The position numbers and the translations under genes were made by a program. Below are positions 1 to 12,605 of a stretch of DNA of 64,000 bases, piece by piece. Position 1 is the first letter of the stretch; every line of letters starts with the position of its first letter. The notes beneath the pieces were generated by a model. It ran no database searches and was not told where the DNA came from. It saw nothing but the letters and a program-made list of their open reading frames with translations. This DNA is from Gekko japonicus (lineage: Eukaryota). The DNA is taken from NCBI RefSeq assembly GCF_001447785.1, contig NW_015161468.1, positions 67,971-131,970 of the forward strand, in the 5' to 3' direction.

Positions 1-449
1 GCTCATGGTAGTACATTTTGTAGGACACCAATTCATAGGGTCACCATTAAGTCGGAAGCGACCTGACGACCCTTCACGCACACGGCACATGCAAGAAGAA
101 AAGAGCGACAAAAAGAGGCCGTGCGCATTTCTATGGCAGCTGTGTGACAACCACACCCCTAAGAGTCAATGCGACTCACTGTGGGGCATGCATGGAAAGG
201 AAATGTTAGCCAAACACACAGAGGACAGTGGACAGAACCCTGCCACGCATGGAAGCGCAATCCGCAAATGTGCAGGTCTCTCCGTTTGCAGCAGAGATGA
301 AAGGACTGCAGGCAACTCTCCGTGTGTGCCAAGGGCCAGCAGCCTCTCTGAGCGAAGGGCTGTGAGAGGAGCACCAGCGCCTGGAATTGGATCCAGAAAC
401 CAGTCCAGGATGAGTGAACGGAGTGCAGAACAGGCATCTCCCATGGCTG

Positions 450-505
450 CTGTTGCTGTTCAGTCGCACAGTCGAGTCCGACTCTTTGCGACCCCATGGA
501 CCAGT
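450..505 (-). mobile_element. BovB/RTE LINE 3' tail fragment
   Basis: Reverse complement reads ccatggggtcgcaaagagtcggactcgactgtgcgactgaacagcaac, the same tail as at 49005-49060. Confidence 0.75.
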
Positions 506-1084
506 TCACGCCACGGCTACCCTCCAGGTAAACAGGCTGCTGCGTACAGCACCAGTTAAAGTTTCCACATGGTGTTCAAGGCAAGCCCCATAAGAGGGCA
601 TATTATAACAACGGAGCCTCAAGGTCGCTGTAGCACAGATCAGCATGGTCAGGTTCAGCGTCCGCAGATAAAGGGCGAGCTTCCATGCCAGATGCAGTCA
701 ATCACAGACACTCTTTCCCAACAAGCTCACCTGTTTCTCCAACAGGGGATCAGGGTCCAGCAACTCTCCTGAGTCCTTTCAGAAGAGCTGCACTCCAACT
801 ATAATGGGAAGTGAAACTGCCCCCACAGTTTAAACTTACCAATCAGAACACGTGTGCTCCACCCAGGACCACGGAAGCTTCGTACCGTCTTCTGAGATGC
901 AACCACATAATAGTTTAGTCAGCCGTTTCCAGCTCAGAGTGAGAAGGACGGTGGCAAGTAGTGCCCTAGGTGTTTGCCTACTATGAAATGGAAAGCTGGA
1001 TTGCTGATAATTCTGTGAACTATTCTAGCAGCTAAGAGAGTCTTCTAGGGATCCTCTCTTCTGTGTGTGTGCATGTGGGGGAGA

Positions 1085-2020
1085 GACAGAGAAATTGCTG
1101 AGAAACTGAATGAATTCCTTGCATCTGTTTTCACTGTGGAAAATGTGGAGACGTACTCAGGCCAGAACTGCCCTTAAGGAACTCAAACATCCAATTGTTG
1201 ATCTACTAACCCAAATATGTAACTTGTTGCTAAAATTGTCCTCCACGCCAGAAGACTAGAAAGCGGCACACCAATTTTTAAAAAGGTGTCCAGTGAATTA
1301 AAAGCCGGTTAGCCTAGTATATTATTAGAAACTGTTACTAAAGATAGATTAAGCACAGTGAAAAACAAAGCCTGTTGAGGGAAAATCAACATAGCTTCTG
1401 TCCTGCCTCACCAACCTTTTGGAGTTCTTTAAGTAGATTAACAAGCACATCAATAAAGACAATCCAGTAGACATCATACACTTGGATTCTAAAAGGCTTT
1501 TGATAAGGTACCTCACCAGACACTCCTGATTAAGCTTAGCAGTCATTAGATAAGAAGATGTGTCCGCTTATAGATTAAAAATTGGTTAAACAAAAAGAAA
1601 GCAGAAAAAATGGACGATTCTTGCAATGGAGGGGAGTGAGCAGCGGGCTGCCACAGTGACCGGTACTGGGACCAGCACTGCTTGTTTTATTCATAAATGA
1701 TTTAGAACTGGGGGTTAGCCATTTGGCCATTTCTGCAGATGACACCAAATTATTTTGAATGGTGAAAACCAAAACGGATTGTGAAAAGCTACAAGAGGAT
1801 CTATGCAAATTGCGTGAGTGGCCAACATGAGAAATTAAGTTTGGTCCTAGTACGTGTAAGGGATGAGGCACACTGTAACAAACAACAACAACAAAATCCT
1901 AACTTTTAATACGTACGTACTGATAGGTTTTTAATTGGCTGAGATCAAGACTGAAAGAGATCTTGGTGTTATAGTGAAAAGCTCAATGAAAAGCAGTAAC
2001 ACTGAAAAAGGCAAATAATG
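1085..2020 (+). mobile_element. Degenerate CR1 LINE RT fragment
   Basis: CR1 ORF2 remnants (aaggcttttgataaggtacctcac; gcagatgacaccaaatta, ADDTKL) with frameshifts. Confidence 0.8.
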
Positions 2021-2377
2021 TCCTTCCTGTTATCTGGTAACTTCCATTTAATTTTATCCGAAGAAGTGTGCATGCACATGAAAGCTTATGCATTGTGTGA
2101 AGAAGTGCATTTTCTCGTGGGAGGTTGACAAGGAGCAAAGCCTCCACTTTGCGCTTTAACAGTTCTTTTTTTTCTCTAGGCAGAGGTGGAAGTCAATTCG
2201 CTTGTACCTCAGCCCGCCTTCCTGAAAGGAACTTAATGGTAAAGGAACTCTGTAGGAATTTGTAACTTCCTAAACTAAAGGGAGCCTGTCCTATTTTAAC
2301 AGCTGATAGGGCATGTATAGAGAAAGGGACAGAGGATTTACATTTTGACCAAGTTCTTTTGTGTTCCTTTCTCAGTT

Positions 2378-2581
2378 TGGTGTGGTGCTAAAAATATGCT
2401 TGTAAACATTTTCTTTTTAATAAATACTTTATAATTTTTGATGCTGGGAGTGGTTCTCTGTACCATGTAGACCTCCACTGGTGTGGTGCTAAAAATATGC
2501 TTGTAAACATTTTCTTTTTAATAAATTCTTTATAATTTTTGATGCTGGGAGTGGTTCTCTGTACCACGTAGACCTCCACTG
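2378..2581. repeat. Two-copy ~102-bp tandem duplication
   Basis: tggtgtggtgctaaaaatatgcttgtaaacatttt...gtagacctccact occurs twice with a few differences. Confidence 0.9.
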
Positions 2582-3320
2582 TCTTGAACATGCTATCTGA
2601 AGAGGGGGGCCAGGGGGGAGGCATGCAGTTGGCAAGCAGCTATTCCTCCAAGGGCACACAAGGCATTAATATGTTCCTGCGGTGACCAGGCACTGGGCAG
2701 CGGAAGACACTGAGGCAAGCCTCCAAACTTGGAAGGGAAGCTGGGAGTCCTGATCCTCCCAGTGGGAAATCCCAACATCCCCTGGGAACCCCTAGGAGGG
2801 CAGGGTGGACTAGGGCCTGCAGGCCAGAGGAGGCATGTTCAGCTACACCCTGGATAAAGCTTGTTGGCCTTAAAGGTGCCTGACTGGACCCAAAATTTGT
2901 TCTGCTGCTTCAGACCAACGCGGCTGCCCACCTGAATCAACCTCCTGGGGATTATTAGGGAAAGAAATTAAGAATAAAATGGCCAATATTGGAAAAACAC
3001 TGGAAAACATTGTATTACAAAATTCACTGGGTACATTACACAATTGTAGTTTTTACTAATGTTATTGTCAAAAGGATATGCATGGTCCAGTTTAGAGGAA
3101 AACCTTCGAAATGACTGGATAGTCTGGAAAATTTTGTCACCTTTATGTTTTGGACCTCTCTTCCACCTGTATTTTTGTCACACATTTTTGTATTGAATTG
3201 TTTACAATACAGTATTGTTTTTGCCTTATTTAGCACATGTATATGGTTGGGTTTTTTTGTTCTCTGGATATTATGAGCTGTGATTCTCTAGTGCTGTACC
3301 CATTTGGAATACGGCATACA

Positions 3321-3461
3321 NNNNNNNNNNNNNNNNNNNNNNNNNNNNNNNNNNNNNNNNNNNNNNNNNNNNNNNNNNNNNNNNNNNNNNNNNNNNNNNN
3401 NNNNNNNNNNNNNNNNNNNNNNNNNNNNNNNNNNNNNNNNNNNNNNNNNNNNNNNNNNNNN
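3321..3461. other. Assembly gap
   Basis: Run of N. Confidence 1.
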
Positions 3462-3724
3462 GTAATCTACAGGCCATGGTGTCATAAAATACAAAACACA
3501 AACATTAAAATTTATACATAAAGATGGCAATTTCCCTGTATTATTATGCGTCCCAATTCCAGACTAAGAGTCCCCCCCCTTTTTTTTCCTGGGCAGGGGG
3601 GAAGGGAACTCAGAACACGGAGGGAAGAAGGAAGAAGGACGGGTGCCAGCCAAGATGGTAACCATTGCTGCCCTCCACCAAAAGCTCGGGCGGAACATCT
3701 CTGACATACAGGCCCCGTGGAATT

Positions 3725-4310
3725 GCATAATTATATCTCAAAAAGGACACATCAGAGCTGGAAAAAGTGCAGAAGAAAGCAACCAAGATAATCAAGACGT
3801 CAGAGCACCTTTCCTACAGAGAATGGATGAAACATCTGGGACTTTTTAGTTTAGAAAAAGAAAGGCTGAAGGGGGAAATGACAGAATTTTATAAAATCAT
3901 GCCTGTTTTGGAGAAAGTAAATAGAAGGAGAAAAAGAGAAAAAACCCCAAACAAACTCAGGGGCACCCAATGAATTTAATGGGCAATCGGTGCAGGGCAG
4001 ACAGAAAGGGAAATACTTCTTTACTCAATGAGTAATGAAATTGTGGAATTCACTGCCCGAGGAGGTAGCGATGACCACAAGTAGGGATGGCTTTGAAAGG
4101 GTTTAGAAACAGGCCCATGAAAGGCAGCAGGGAGCCGCCACATAAAGAGGCAGCAAACCTCTGAACGGGAGCTGGAGGAGTCGGCACCAGGGGAAGGCTT
4201 CAGCCTCTCTGCCCTGCTTGTTGGCCCTCAAGGGCAACTGGTTGTCCGCTGCTTCGCACAGGATGCTGGACTAGATGGGAACACGGTTTCAGCAGGGCTC
4301 TTCTTATATG
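3725..4310 (+). mobile_element. CR1 LINE 3' end, degenerate
   Basis: KHLGLFSLEKERLKGEMTEFYKIM matches the CR1 ORF2 C-terminus, followed by the 3'UTR. Confidence 0.8.
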
Positions 4311-4702
4311 GAACAAAAATGCCATAAGCTTTGTTCCCTCTCCTCCAACAGAGGCCAACCTGAGCAAGTGCTGTCTTACATTGGGACATGACGGGACGGG
4401 GGATTCTATGCTCCACAGAATCCTCAGGCTGTACAACGACAGAACACTGAGAAATGGACATGCCTCAGGCTTTGACGCTGTCTGGTGGCCCCCCAAAAGC
4501 CCCAAGTCTCCCAGAAGTGAGTTCCCGCTGAACTCTTAGAGACAGGCTGAAGCTTCTCTGAGTCATTCCCTCGCAGGGACTCCATTTCCCATCTTGCCGT
4601 TAATAAACACAGAATCCTGAGCCAAACACACGTGTTCCTCGTGGAACCTGGGCTTACCCGAATGTTCTGTCAGACGAAACGAGGGTGCCCACTTCCCCCT
4701 AC

Positions 4703-4993
4703 CTGCATAAGACTGGCCGTCGTCAGTCACCAGCTGGCCACCCTCCGTGCCGCCACCGGGCACCAGGTTTACCACCGCTGAGGCATAGTTGGCTTTCTCA
4801 CTCGTGCCGAAGGACTCGGCCTTTGGCGGGCAGAGCACTCTGGTCTCCTCCTCGCTTGTTTGGGAGCAGGGCGTGGTGGTGCTGCACATGTCGTCCCAGT
4901 GGTTCCTGCCACGGGCATCCTGCAGCTGCAGGAGCTCTGAGTAAGCGTGGTACTGCTCCAGGTCTGAGAGGCCCGCCTCCAAGCCGTCTGGGT
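4703..4993 (-). CDS. KCNH6: KCNH6 exon 11 (distal C-terminus, probable)
   Basis: (D)PDGLEAGLSDLEQYHAYSELL...SQTSEEETRV...DDGQSYA within ORF 4563-5177. Pyrimidine-rich acceptor ccctcccgctgcag, donor G|gtaggg, 291 bp, phase 1-1 matching the previous exon. Confidence 0.75.
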
Positions 4994-5149
4994 CTGCAGC
5001 GGGAGGGAAGGGAAGTTTATTGTGGGGAGGGGGGCGGCTAGGCCCTGGCTGTGCAATCCAAGGATACGTGCCAATGGTTTCACACTTCCCGGACACATCT
5101 GTAGAATCTGAAAGCTCAGAAGGTCGGATCAGAACCGACAGGCTGAAAT

Positions 5150-5585
5150 GCAATCCAAAGTGTTTCCAGCCAAACACGAGGAAGAACTTCCCGACAGCTA
5201 GAGCAGTTCCTCAGTGGAACGGGCTTCCTCGGGAGGTGGGGGGGCTCTCCTCCTTTGGAGACGAGAGGGCCATCTGACAGCAATGCTGACTCTGTGACTC
5301 ACTGTGAATTCAGGCAGGCGGCCAGAGGGAGGGTAGGAAGAGAGCAGCCCGTGCTCGGCTCTCATGGCCCTCTCTTATATGTCCAAGGTAACATTGATGG
5401 CCACTCTGGGATCAGGAAGGAATTTTCCTCCAGGCCCAGGGATCCTGGAGGGTTTTTGCCTTCCTCTGGGCATGGAGTGTGGGGGGGGGGTCCACTGGGG
5501 GAGTGGGGGGGAGTTGTGAATTTCCTGCATTGTGCGGGGGGTTGGACTGGATGACCCTTGGGGTACCTTCTGGCTCTGTGTTTCT
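5150..5585 (+). mobile_element. CR1-type 3' end/UTR fragment
   Basis: gttcctcagtggaacgggcttcctcgggaggtgg...gggggttggactggatgaccctt; the same end motif recurs at ~13600, 15590, 25440, 55265 and 55970. Confidence 0.65.
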
Positions 5586-6528
5586 TGAGAGATTTGTTGT
5601 TCTAAACTCCTCCTTTCCAGATCCCAACACCTGACAGCTCAGTGGCCAGGGTACATGCTAGGCTGGGCATGGTAGCTGAATGGAGCCTCCATGCTCAGAA
5701 GCAGCATACCAGTTTCTGAAAACAAACTGTGGGAAAAGGCTCTTGCTTTTACGGGCTGCTTTTCAGCTTCTTGCAGGTATCTTAGAAACAAGGATGCTGG
5801 ACTAGATGGACCCTCCAGCCTGGATCTCTGTGCTTTTCCTTATTGTCGTTATCTGCAGAATAACCCTGTAACCATATCTTGCAGGTGAGGAACAGATGTT
5901 GAGAGGGCTTTGACTGACCCCTGCCTTCCACTTTTGCTACTGAGTCAAAGTATGGATCACATTCCAATGGAATTCTCCAAGGATTCTGTGATCGTCATCA
6001 AATGTGTGAGAACCACCAACCCTGCAAGAGGCTTCCAACCAACCACAGACCGATACGAGCACCTGGTTTCTCTCCAGATATGACCACACGTCTCCCAGAC
6101 GAGGTAGATCCCAGGAGGGATCCCAGGTCAGAGTATGTCACCCTGAAGCCATCTCTGAACCTCCCCTGACAAACATGGGACCACGGAGCCCGCTGGAATT
6201 AAAAATAAATAGATCCTCCACCCCCCACAGTGCAGAGGCTTCTTCCGCCACCTCACATAAGGCTGGTCGTGCGCACTGGCATAAGCGTTGCCTCGAGGCT
6301 TAATGGCCACAAGGCTGGTAATGCTTTCCTGGCATGAGTGGATTTCAAAAGGGACAAGCACGTGGGAGGGGACAGGCCCTTCTGAATCTCTGGGTTTGGA
6401 GGCTTAGTGACCTCCAGATAAGGGGTGCAATCCGGGGGGAAGGTGTGCCACCTTCTCGGCCTGCACCATAAGCTTTCCCACAAAGCGTCCAGCCAAACAG
6501 GCCTTTGCTTTCATTTCTCATCTTCTAA

Positions 6529-6986
6529 GGCCCCTGCCCCATGGGGGGGGGGGAAGTACGGCCAAAGTGCAGCTTTTTAAAGCTGCACCAAAAGAAACAC
6601 TCAACATGCGGCGGCGGGATCACATAGATCCTCTGAGTCGCCACGCAGTTCCTCCCCTGCACAATCAGATGCCGGGTGGGCGGGGGGAAGCTACTGGAGA
6701 GCAAGGCTGCCGAACTGTACATGTGTGCGTGTGCGCAGTTCAGCCGGGAGCCTGGATTGCTCCGGACGACGGGCGCGGCGGCGATCCCACGGCCACGCTT
6801 GCTGCGGTGCTTCAGGTTAAGTCCTCCTCTGTAGGAGGTTCTTTTTTGCAGCGACTTGTCTGGGTTTAGGGATGGATCGGAGACGGGTGCGCGCCGCTTC
6901 CAAGATGTTGCGGTGAGATGGCGCCCGTTTGCTGCGCCCCCGATCCGTCCCTCTCCCGGGCCAAAATTTTCCGTGTGACCGGGGCC
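6529..6986. mobile_element. PIF/Harbinger-type MITE
   Basis: Imperfect TIRs ggcccc...ggggcc, TAA on both sides (6526-6528, 6987-6989), CpG-rich interior with a central palindrome. Confidence 0.7.
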
Positions 6987-7062
6987 TAAGGGACACAGAT
7001 TGCCGCGAGAGGGCAAACACCAGCCTGCTGGAGCCCCTGTAATGTCTCAGGACGTGACTCAC

Positions 7063-7162
7063 CAATTTTGTTCCCCTTGCAAGGGGAGCGCTTGCGACGG
7101 CGTGCCCGGCGGTAGTTGCAGGTGTACTCCTCGCTGAGTGGGGAGCGTGGAACGCTGTCTGC
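7063..7162 (-). CDS. KCNH6: KCNH6 exon 10 (post-CNBHD basic segment)
   Basis: Not in the ORF track; translated by hand as ADSVPRSPLSEEYTCNYRRARRRKRSPCKGNKI. Strong (ct)n-cag acceptor and G|gtgagt donor, 100 bp, phase 0-1. Resembles the basic RQRKRKLSFRRR exon of KCNH2. Confidence 0.85.
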
Positions 7163-7700
7163 CTGAGAGAGAGAGAGAGGGGTGGGGGGACAGCATCACG
7201 GATAGAGCATGCCGAGAATGGAAGGTCTGTTTCGCTTCCCGCGAATCTCCCTTCTTGGTGGTCCTAGGGCTGGGGGCCGGGGGGGGCATTCTAGACCTGT
7301 GGGAAGTAGTTCCTCCCTGGAGGCAGGCAGGGTCACTGGCAACTGCGATCTCCATAGGGGGCTTCTCTCCCCAGCTCCCAGTCTGGATCCAAAGCAGTCC
7401 AATTCTTATGCTCGAGAATCACAACGGAACACACAAGAAAAAAACCCAAGCCACCAACAGCCCAAACACGGAAGGAGCACACCGCAGAGAACTAGTAGAA
7501 GAACCAAGAGCTGAAGTCCTACAGGTGTCCCACCAACAGAGTTCAGACCCCTGGGGAAGGACCAGCTCTACCCATGGAGATTCCTGGCAAGTGAAACAAA
7601 CCTTCCATTCGCTGGTGGTCCAGGGTGGGGCAGTCTAGACCTATGGGACATAGAAAAGCAGTATGCCGGGGGGGGGGGAGAGAGAAAAAACCTTACACAG

Positions 7701-8664
7701 NNNNNNNNNNNNNNNNNNNNNNNNNNNNNNNNNNNNNNNNNNNNNNNNNNNNNNNNNNNNNNNNNNNNNNNNNNNNNNNNNNNNNNNNNNNNNNNNNNNN
7801 NNNNNNNNNNNNNNNNNNNNNNNNNNNNNNNNNNNNNNNNNNNNNNNNNNNNNNNNNNNNNNNNNNNNNNNNNNNNNNNNNNNNNNNNNNNNNNNNNNNN
7901 NNNNNNNNNNNNNNNNNNNNNNNNNNNNNNNNNNNNNNNNNNNNNNNNNNNNNNNNNNNNNNNNNNNNNNNNNNNNNNNNNNNNNNNNNNNNNNNNNNNN
8001 NNNNNNNNNNNNNNNNNNNNNNNNNNNNNNNNNNNNNNNNNNNNNNNNNNNNNNNNNNNNNNNNNNNNNNNNNNNNNNNNNNNNNNNNNNNNNNNNNNNN
8101 NNNNNNNNNNNNNNNNNNNNNNNNNNNNNNNNNNNNNNNNNNNNNNNNNNNNNNNNNNNNNNNNNNNNNNNNNNNNNNNNNNNNNNNNNNNNNNNNNNNN
8201 NNNNNNNNNNNNNNNNNNNNNNNNNNNNNNNNNNNNNNNNNNNNNNNNNNNNNNNNNNNNNNNNNNNNNNNNNNNNNNNNNNNNNNNNNNNNNNNNNNNN
8301 NNNNNNNNNNNNNNNNNNNNNNNNNNNNNNNNNNNNNNNNNNNNNNNNNNNNNNNNNNNNNNNNNNNNNNNNNNNNNNNNNNNNNNNNNNNNNNNNNNNN
8401 NNNNNNNNNNNNNNNNNNNNNNNNNNNNNNNNNNNNNNNNNNNNNNNNNNNNNNNNNNNNNNNNNNNNNNNNNNNNNNNNNNNNNNNNNNNNNNNNNNNN
8501 NNNNNNNNNNNNNNNNNNNNNNNNNNNNNNNNNNNNNNNNNNNNNNNNNNNNNNNNNNNNNNNNNNNNNNNNNNNNNNNNNNNNNNNNNNNNNNNNNNNN
8601 NNNNNNNNNNNNNNNNNNNNNNNNNNNNNNNNNNNNNNNNNNNNNNNNNNNNNNNNNNNNNNNN
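7701..8664. other. Assembly gap
   Basis: Run of N. Confidence 1.
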
Positions 8665-9475
8665 TTCTTTTTTTTTTTGGTAAACAAATTTTATTTTCAG
8701 GAATACAACATGTAAAATTAAATCATTTCATTCTTTCAATTGTCTACCCCATTCCCAGTTCCTCCCCTCCCTCCATTGGCTTCCCACAATGCTTCCACCC
8801 CTGCTCCAAATTACTTCATATCATCAACTATATCAATTTCTTGTCATTACAATCTAAAGATAACATCATTTGACTTAATATTGGTCTAAACATATTAAGT
8901 TTTGTTTCACATCCCAGTTCTTTTCCAGATATATTTTAAAGTCACTCCATTCTTGAAAAAACACGTCGTCTTCTTTGTTGTTCAATTTCTTCGTAATTTT
9001 GTCCATCTCTGCCATGAACAGAACTTTTTGTATCCAGTCCTCAATTTCTGGCACTTTCTCTGTTTTCCAAAATTGTGCATAAATCATTCTCGCTGTTGTG
9101 ATTAAGTACCAGAATAAGGTCTTTTTAGTTGTATTGACTTCTTCCATTTTCAATCCTAAAAGCAGAATTTCCGGTGCCTTTTTAAAAGAGCATTTCAGAA
9201 TTTTTTGCATTTCTTTGTGGACTTTTGTCCAAAAGTCAACTGCTTTCTCACAAGTCCACCACATGTGGTAAAATGAGCCTTCATGGCTTTTACATTTCCA
9301 ACACTTATTTGACATATTCTGGTTCATATTTGCAATTTTTTTCGGAGTCATGTACCACCTATACATCATTTTATAACAATTCTCTCTAACATTGGTACAA
9401 GGCGATATCTTAATAGAATTTTTCCACAAATATTCCCAGGTTTCAATAGCCACTTCCGTATTCATATTTATCGCC
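8665..9475 (-). mobile_element. L1-clade LINE 3' end (ORF2 Cys-rich C-terminus, UTR, poly-A)
   Basis: ORF 8875-9465 with KMMYRWY...CWKC...HMWWTC. Poly-T and ttttattt on the + strand at 8665-8697. Confidence 0.9.
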
Positions 9476-9905
9476 CATCAAATGGGGCTCAATGTGACCA
9501 AGTGCAAGGTGATGCACATTGGAACCAAAAATCCTAACTATAAATACACGTTGATGGGGTCTGAACTAGCAGAGACTGACCAATAGAGAGATCTTGTAGT
9601 AGATAACTCACTGAAAATGTTGAGACAGTGTGTGACTGCAATAAAGAAGGCCAATGCTATGCTGGGGATTATTAGGAAGGGTATCGAAAACAGATCAGCC
9701 AATATCATAATGTCTCTGTATAAATCAATGGTGCAACCTCATTTGGAATACTGTGTACAGTTCTGGCACCTCAGAAAGCATATTATAGTATTGGAAAAAG
9801 TGCAGAGAAGGGCAACTAGAATGATAAAAGGGTTGGAACACTTTCCCTATGAAGAAAGGTTAAAGCGCTTGGGGCTCTTTAGCTTGGAGAAACAACAGCG
9901 GAGGG
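9476..9905 (+). mobile_element. CR1 LINE ORF2 fragment
   Basis: KCKVMHIG...AIKKANAMLGIIRKGI...HLEYCVQFW...LGLFSLEK, close to the copy at 47460-48302. Confidence 0.9.
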
Positions 9906-10217
9906 GGAAAAGGTTTTTAAGTTTCGGGTGATCCCATACCTGGAAGCAGACCATTTTCCTATTTCCCTTATGGCAGAAATACATTTCATAAAAGTTTACT
10001 CTTCGCTATTTTTAGTGGCTGAACCTCGAAACTCTGATATGCTGTTCTGCTGTCCTAAATGGTCTAACCAACTAAGCCTTAGATTGAAGGAACAATTGTC
10101 ACCTGAGCTTCTTTCCCGTTTTTGTGTGTCTCTGTCTAATCCGGTCTTTTTGCAAGACCCCTTGCTGGAGTATGACAAAGTGATCCAGCAGCTTGGAAGC
10201 ACTCTGTTAAGTTCTCA

Positions 10218-10620
10218 TAGGTCCTGTTCATACAAGCTGTTTGGGCCGGGAAAAGGACGGATCAGGGCCGGAGCAAACGGGCGCGATCCCACAGCAACAT
10301 CTGGCTACTGTCGTGCTACCGTCTCCGATCCATCCCATCCCACCCATACAGCGCACCAAAAAAGAACCACCTACCTGGGTGGTTCTTTCGAATGGGCAGC
10401 GGCAAGTGCAGCCGTGGGATCGCCAGCGCGTCCTTGCGCCGGCACATCCCCGGCTCATGGCCGAACTGCGCATGTGTGAGCATGCGCAGTTCGCCAGCCT
10501 CCCCTTCCCACCGTCGCTTTCTCCCCGGCATCTGATTGTGCCGGGGAGCGACGGCGCCGCGGCTCAGGGGATCCGTGAGATCCCGCCGCAGCGTCTCAAC
10601 TTTGCTGCGGCTCAGATTAG
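10218..10620. mobile_element. Second copy of the 6529-6986 MITE family, inverted
   Basis: Aligns along its length to the reverse complement of 6600-6986. Palindrome gccgaactgcgcatg...catgcgcagttcgcc. Confidence 0.7.
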
Positions 10621-12605
10621 CCACAGTTTGCCCATCCTTTTCCCTGCCATAGAAAGCCAAATTTCAAACATGCTAAGATTTCTAAACCTTGGTTTACCAA
10701 ATCTTGTGTCAAGGCTAAATCCCTTTTGGTTACAGCGTATAGTAGGTATATCTACTCAAGGCCTGATGAGCGTAAGAACAACCATGAGTATCTCCTCACT
10801 CAAAAGAGACTCTATAAAACACAGATTCGTAAAGCCAAAATGGAGTATTCTAGAGAGCAATGGGCACGTCTTATTCAAGCCACTAAAGAGAAAACTACAT
10901 CAACTTTTTGGCGAATCGTGTCAGGTAAAGTGTAAAAAGCAGCTTTGAATTCACAAGTGCCTCCAGACTCCTGGATCACTTATTTTCAAAGTCTTTATGA
11001 TGACTGCTATACGCCCTGTAATATTACTCCCCTAGCTACTTTGCCGAGTTGGTCTCCAGTTTCAGAGCAGGAAGTTAAGTCGCACATACACCGCCTCAAA
11101 AGGAATAAAGCTCCTGGAATAGATGGCATACCGTCTGAGCTCTTGAAAGAAAATGAGGACTGGTGGGCCTCTTTCTTGGCTCCCCCTTTTTACTTATGTT
11201 GATGTTACAGATCGTGTCTCCAAAAGTTGGGAGACAGCACTGATTGTTCCACTTTATAAGAAAGGTAAGCCAGATGATCCTTCCAACTATAGACCCATCA
11301 GCCTATTGCCTATAACTACTGTATGCTAGCCATCTCCTAGACAAATTGCTAGATTGGTTATCTAATAATGATATCATTCCACCGGAACAAGCTGGCTTTA
11401 TGGAAGGTAGATCCACATTAGACCACTGTTTGGTCCTTCAGCATCTCATTGAAAAGTGTGGTAACAAAGGAGACTCCTTCTTATATGGGGCCTTCGTGGA
11501 CCTTAAGGCCGCTTTTAATGCTATTTCTAGGGTCAAGCTGTGGGGCGAACTGGAGTCATCCTCAACTGATAAGACTCCTCTTCTTGATTCGAGCCTTACA
11601 TCAGCACACCTCCCTAAGAGTCAAATATAATAAGCAAGGACATCTCACAGAACCCATTACCACTCTGAAGGGGGTTAGACAGGGATGTCTCCTTGCCCCT
11701 CTATCCTTCATTTTCTATATAAATGATGTGGTAAAGCTGCTTAACGTAAGTAGACCTCCTCCTCCTCCTCAATTGGCTCATGAACATCTTAACTCTTCCT
11801 TATATGCTGCCTTTGTGGACCTTAAGGCCACTTTTGATTCTATTTCTTGGATCAAGCTGTGGGACAGACTGGAGTCATCCTCAATTGATAAAAGACTCCT
11901 CTTCTTAATTCGAGCTTTACATCAGCACACCTCCCTAAGAGTTAAATATAATAAGCAAGGTCATCTCACAGAACCCATTACCACTTTGAAGGGGGTTAGA
12001 CAGCGATGTCTTCTTGCCCCTCTACTCTTCATTTTCTATATAAATGATGTGGTAAAGCTGTTTAACGTATGTAGACATCCGCCTCCTAAATTGGCTCATA
12101 AACATATTTCAGTGCTGCTTTATGCGGACAATGCTGTTCTTCTCTCAAGAACCCCAGCAGGGCTAAAAAGAGCTCTCTGTAGCTTTGCTACATATTGTAA
12201 TGAACAGCAGCTTGTAATTAATTATGAAGAAACCAAGATAATGTCCTTTAATAAGTTCCCTAAATTGAGACGCTGGTCAATGAATGGACAATGTCTATCA
12301 CAAGTCTCCTCCTTTAGACAAGCCTCCGGCACTAGGACGGCCCATAGTAATTATGTGGCGGACAAAGGAGAAAAGACAACTTTAAGTATAATAAAGTTTT
12401 TTAGGTCTAAGGGCGGGAACTTTGTTCCAGCTGCCCTTAAACTTTTCAAATTTAAGATTATACTATATTTACTGTACGGAACCCTTCTAGGCCCTCCGGA
12501 GTCTCGCTTTCTGCCATTAGAATGGGTTCAACCTAAATTTCTAAGGGCAGTACTATAGGTCCCAAAATCTGTCTCAAATTCCATGATTCGATTAGAAAGC
12601 TGACA
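10620..12605 (+). mobile_element. Non-LTR retrotransposon RT remnant (RTE-X-like; clade uncertain)
   Basis: KAPGIDGI, EQAGF..GRSTLDH, FVDLKAAF, GVRQGCLLAP, LLYAD motifs, with frameshifts and an internal ~315-bp duplication (11480-11790 / 11795-12105). Confidence 0.85.

Noticed and set aside
725-800. AACAG|gtgagc donor-like site resembling the end of the coiled-coil exon (..LNR)
   Set aside because: The upstream peptide is not coiled-coil-like and the region looks like an old L2 fragment.
7625-8715. Long ORFs across N runs (also 3237-3530 and 51065-52249)
   Set aside because: Artefacts of translating assembly gaps.
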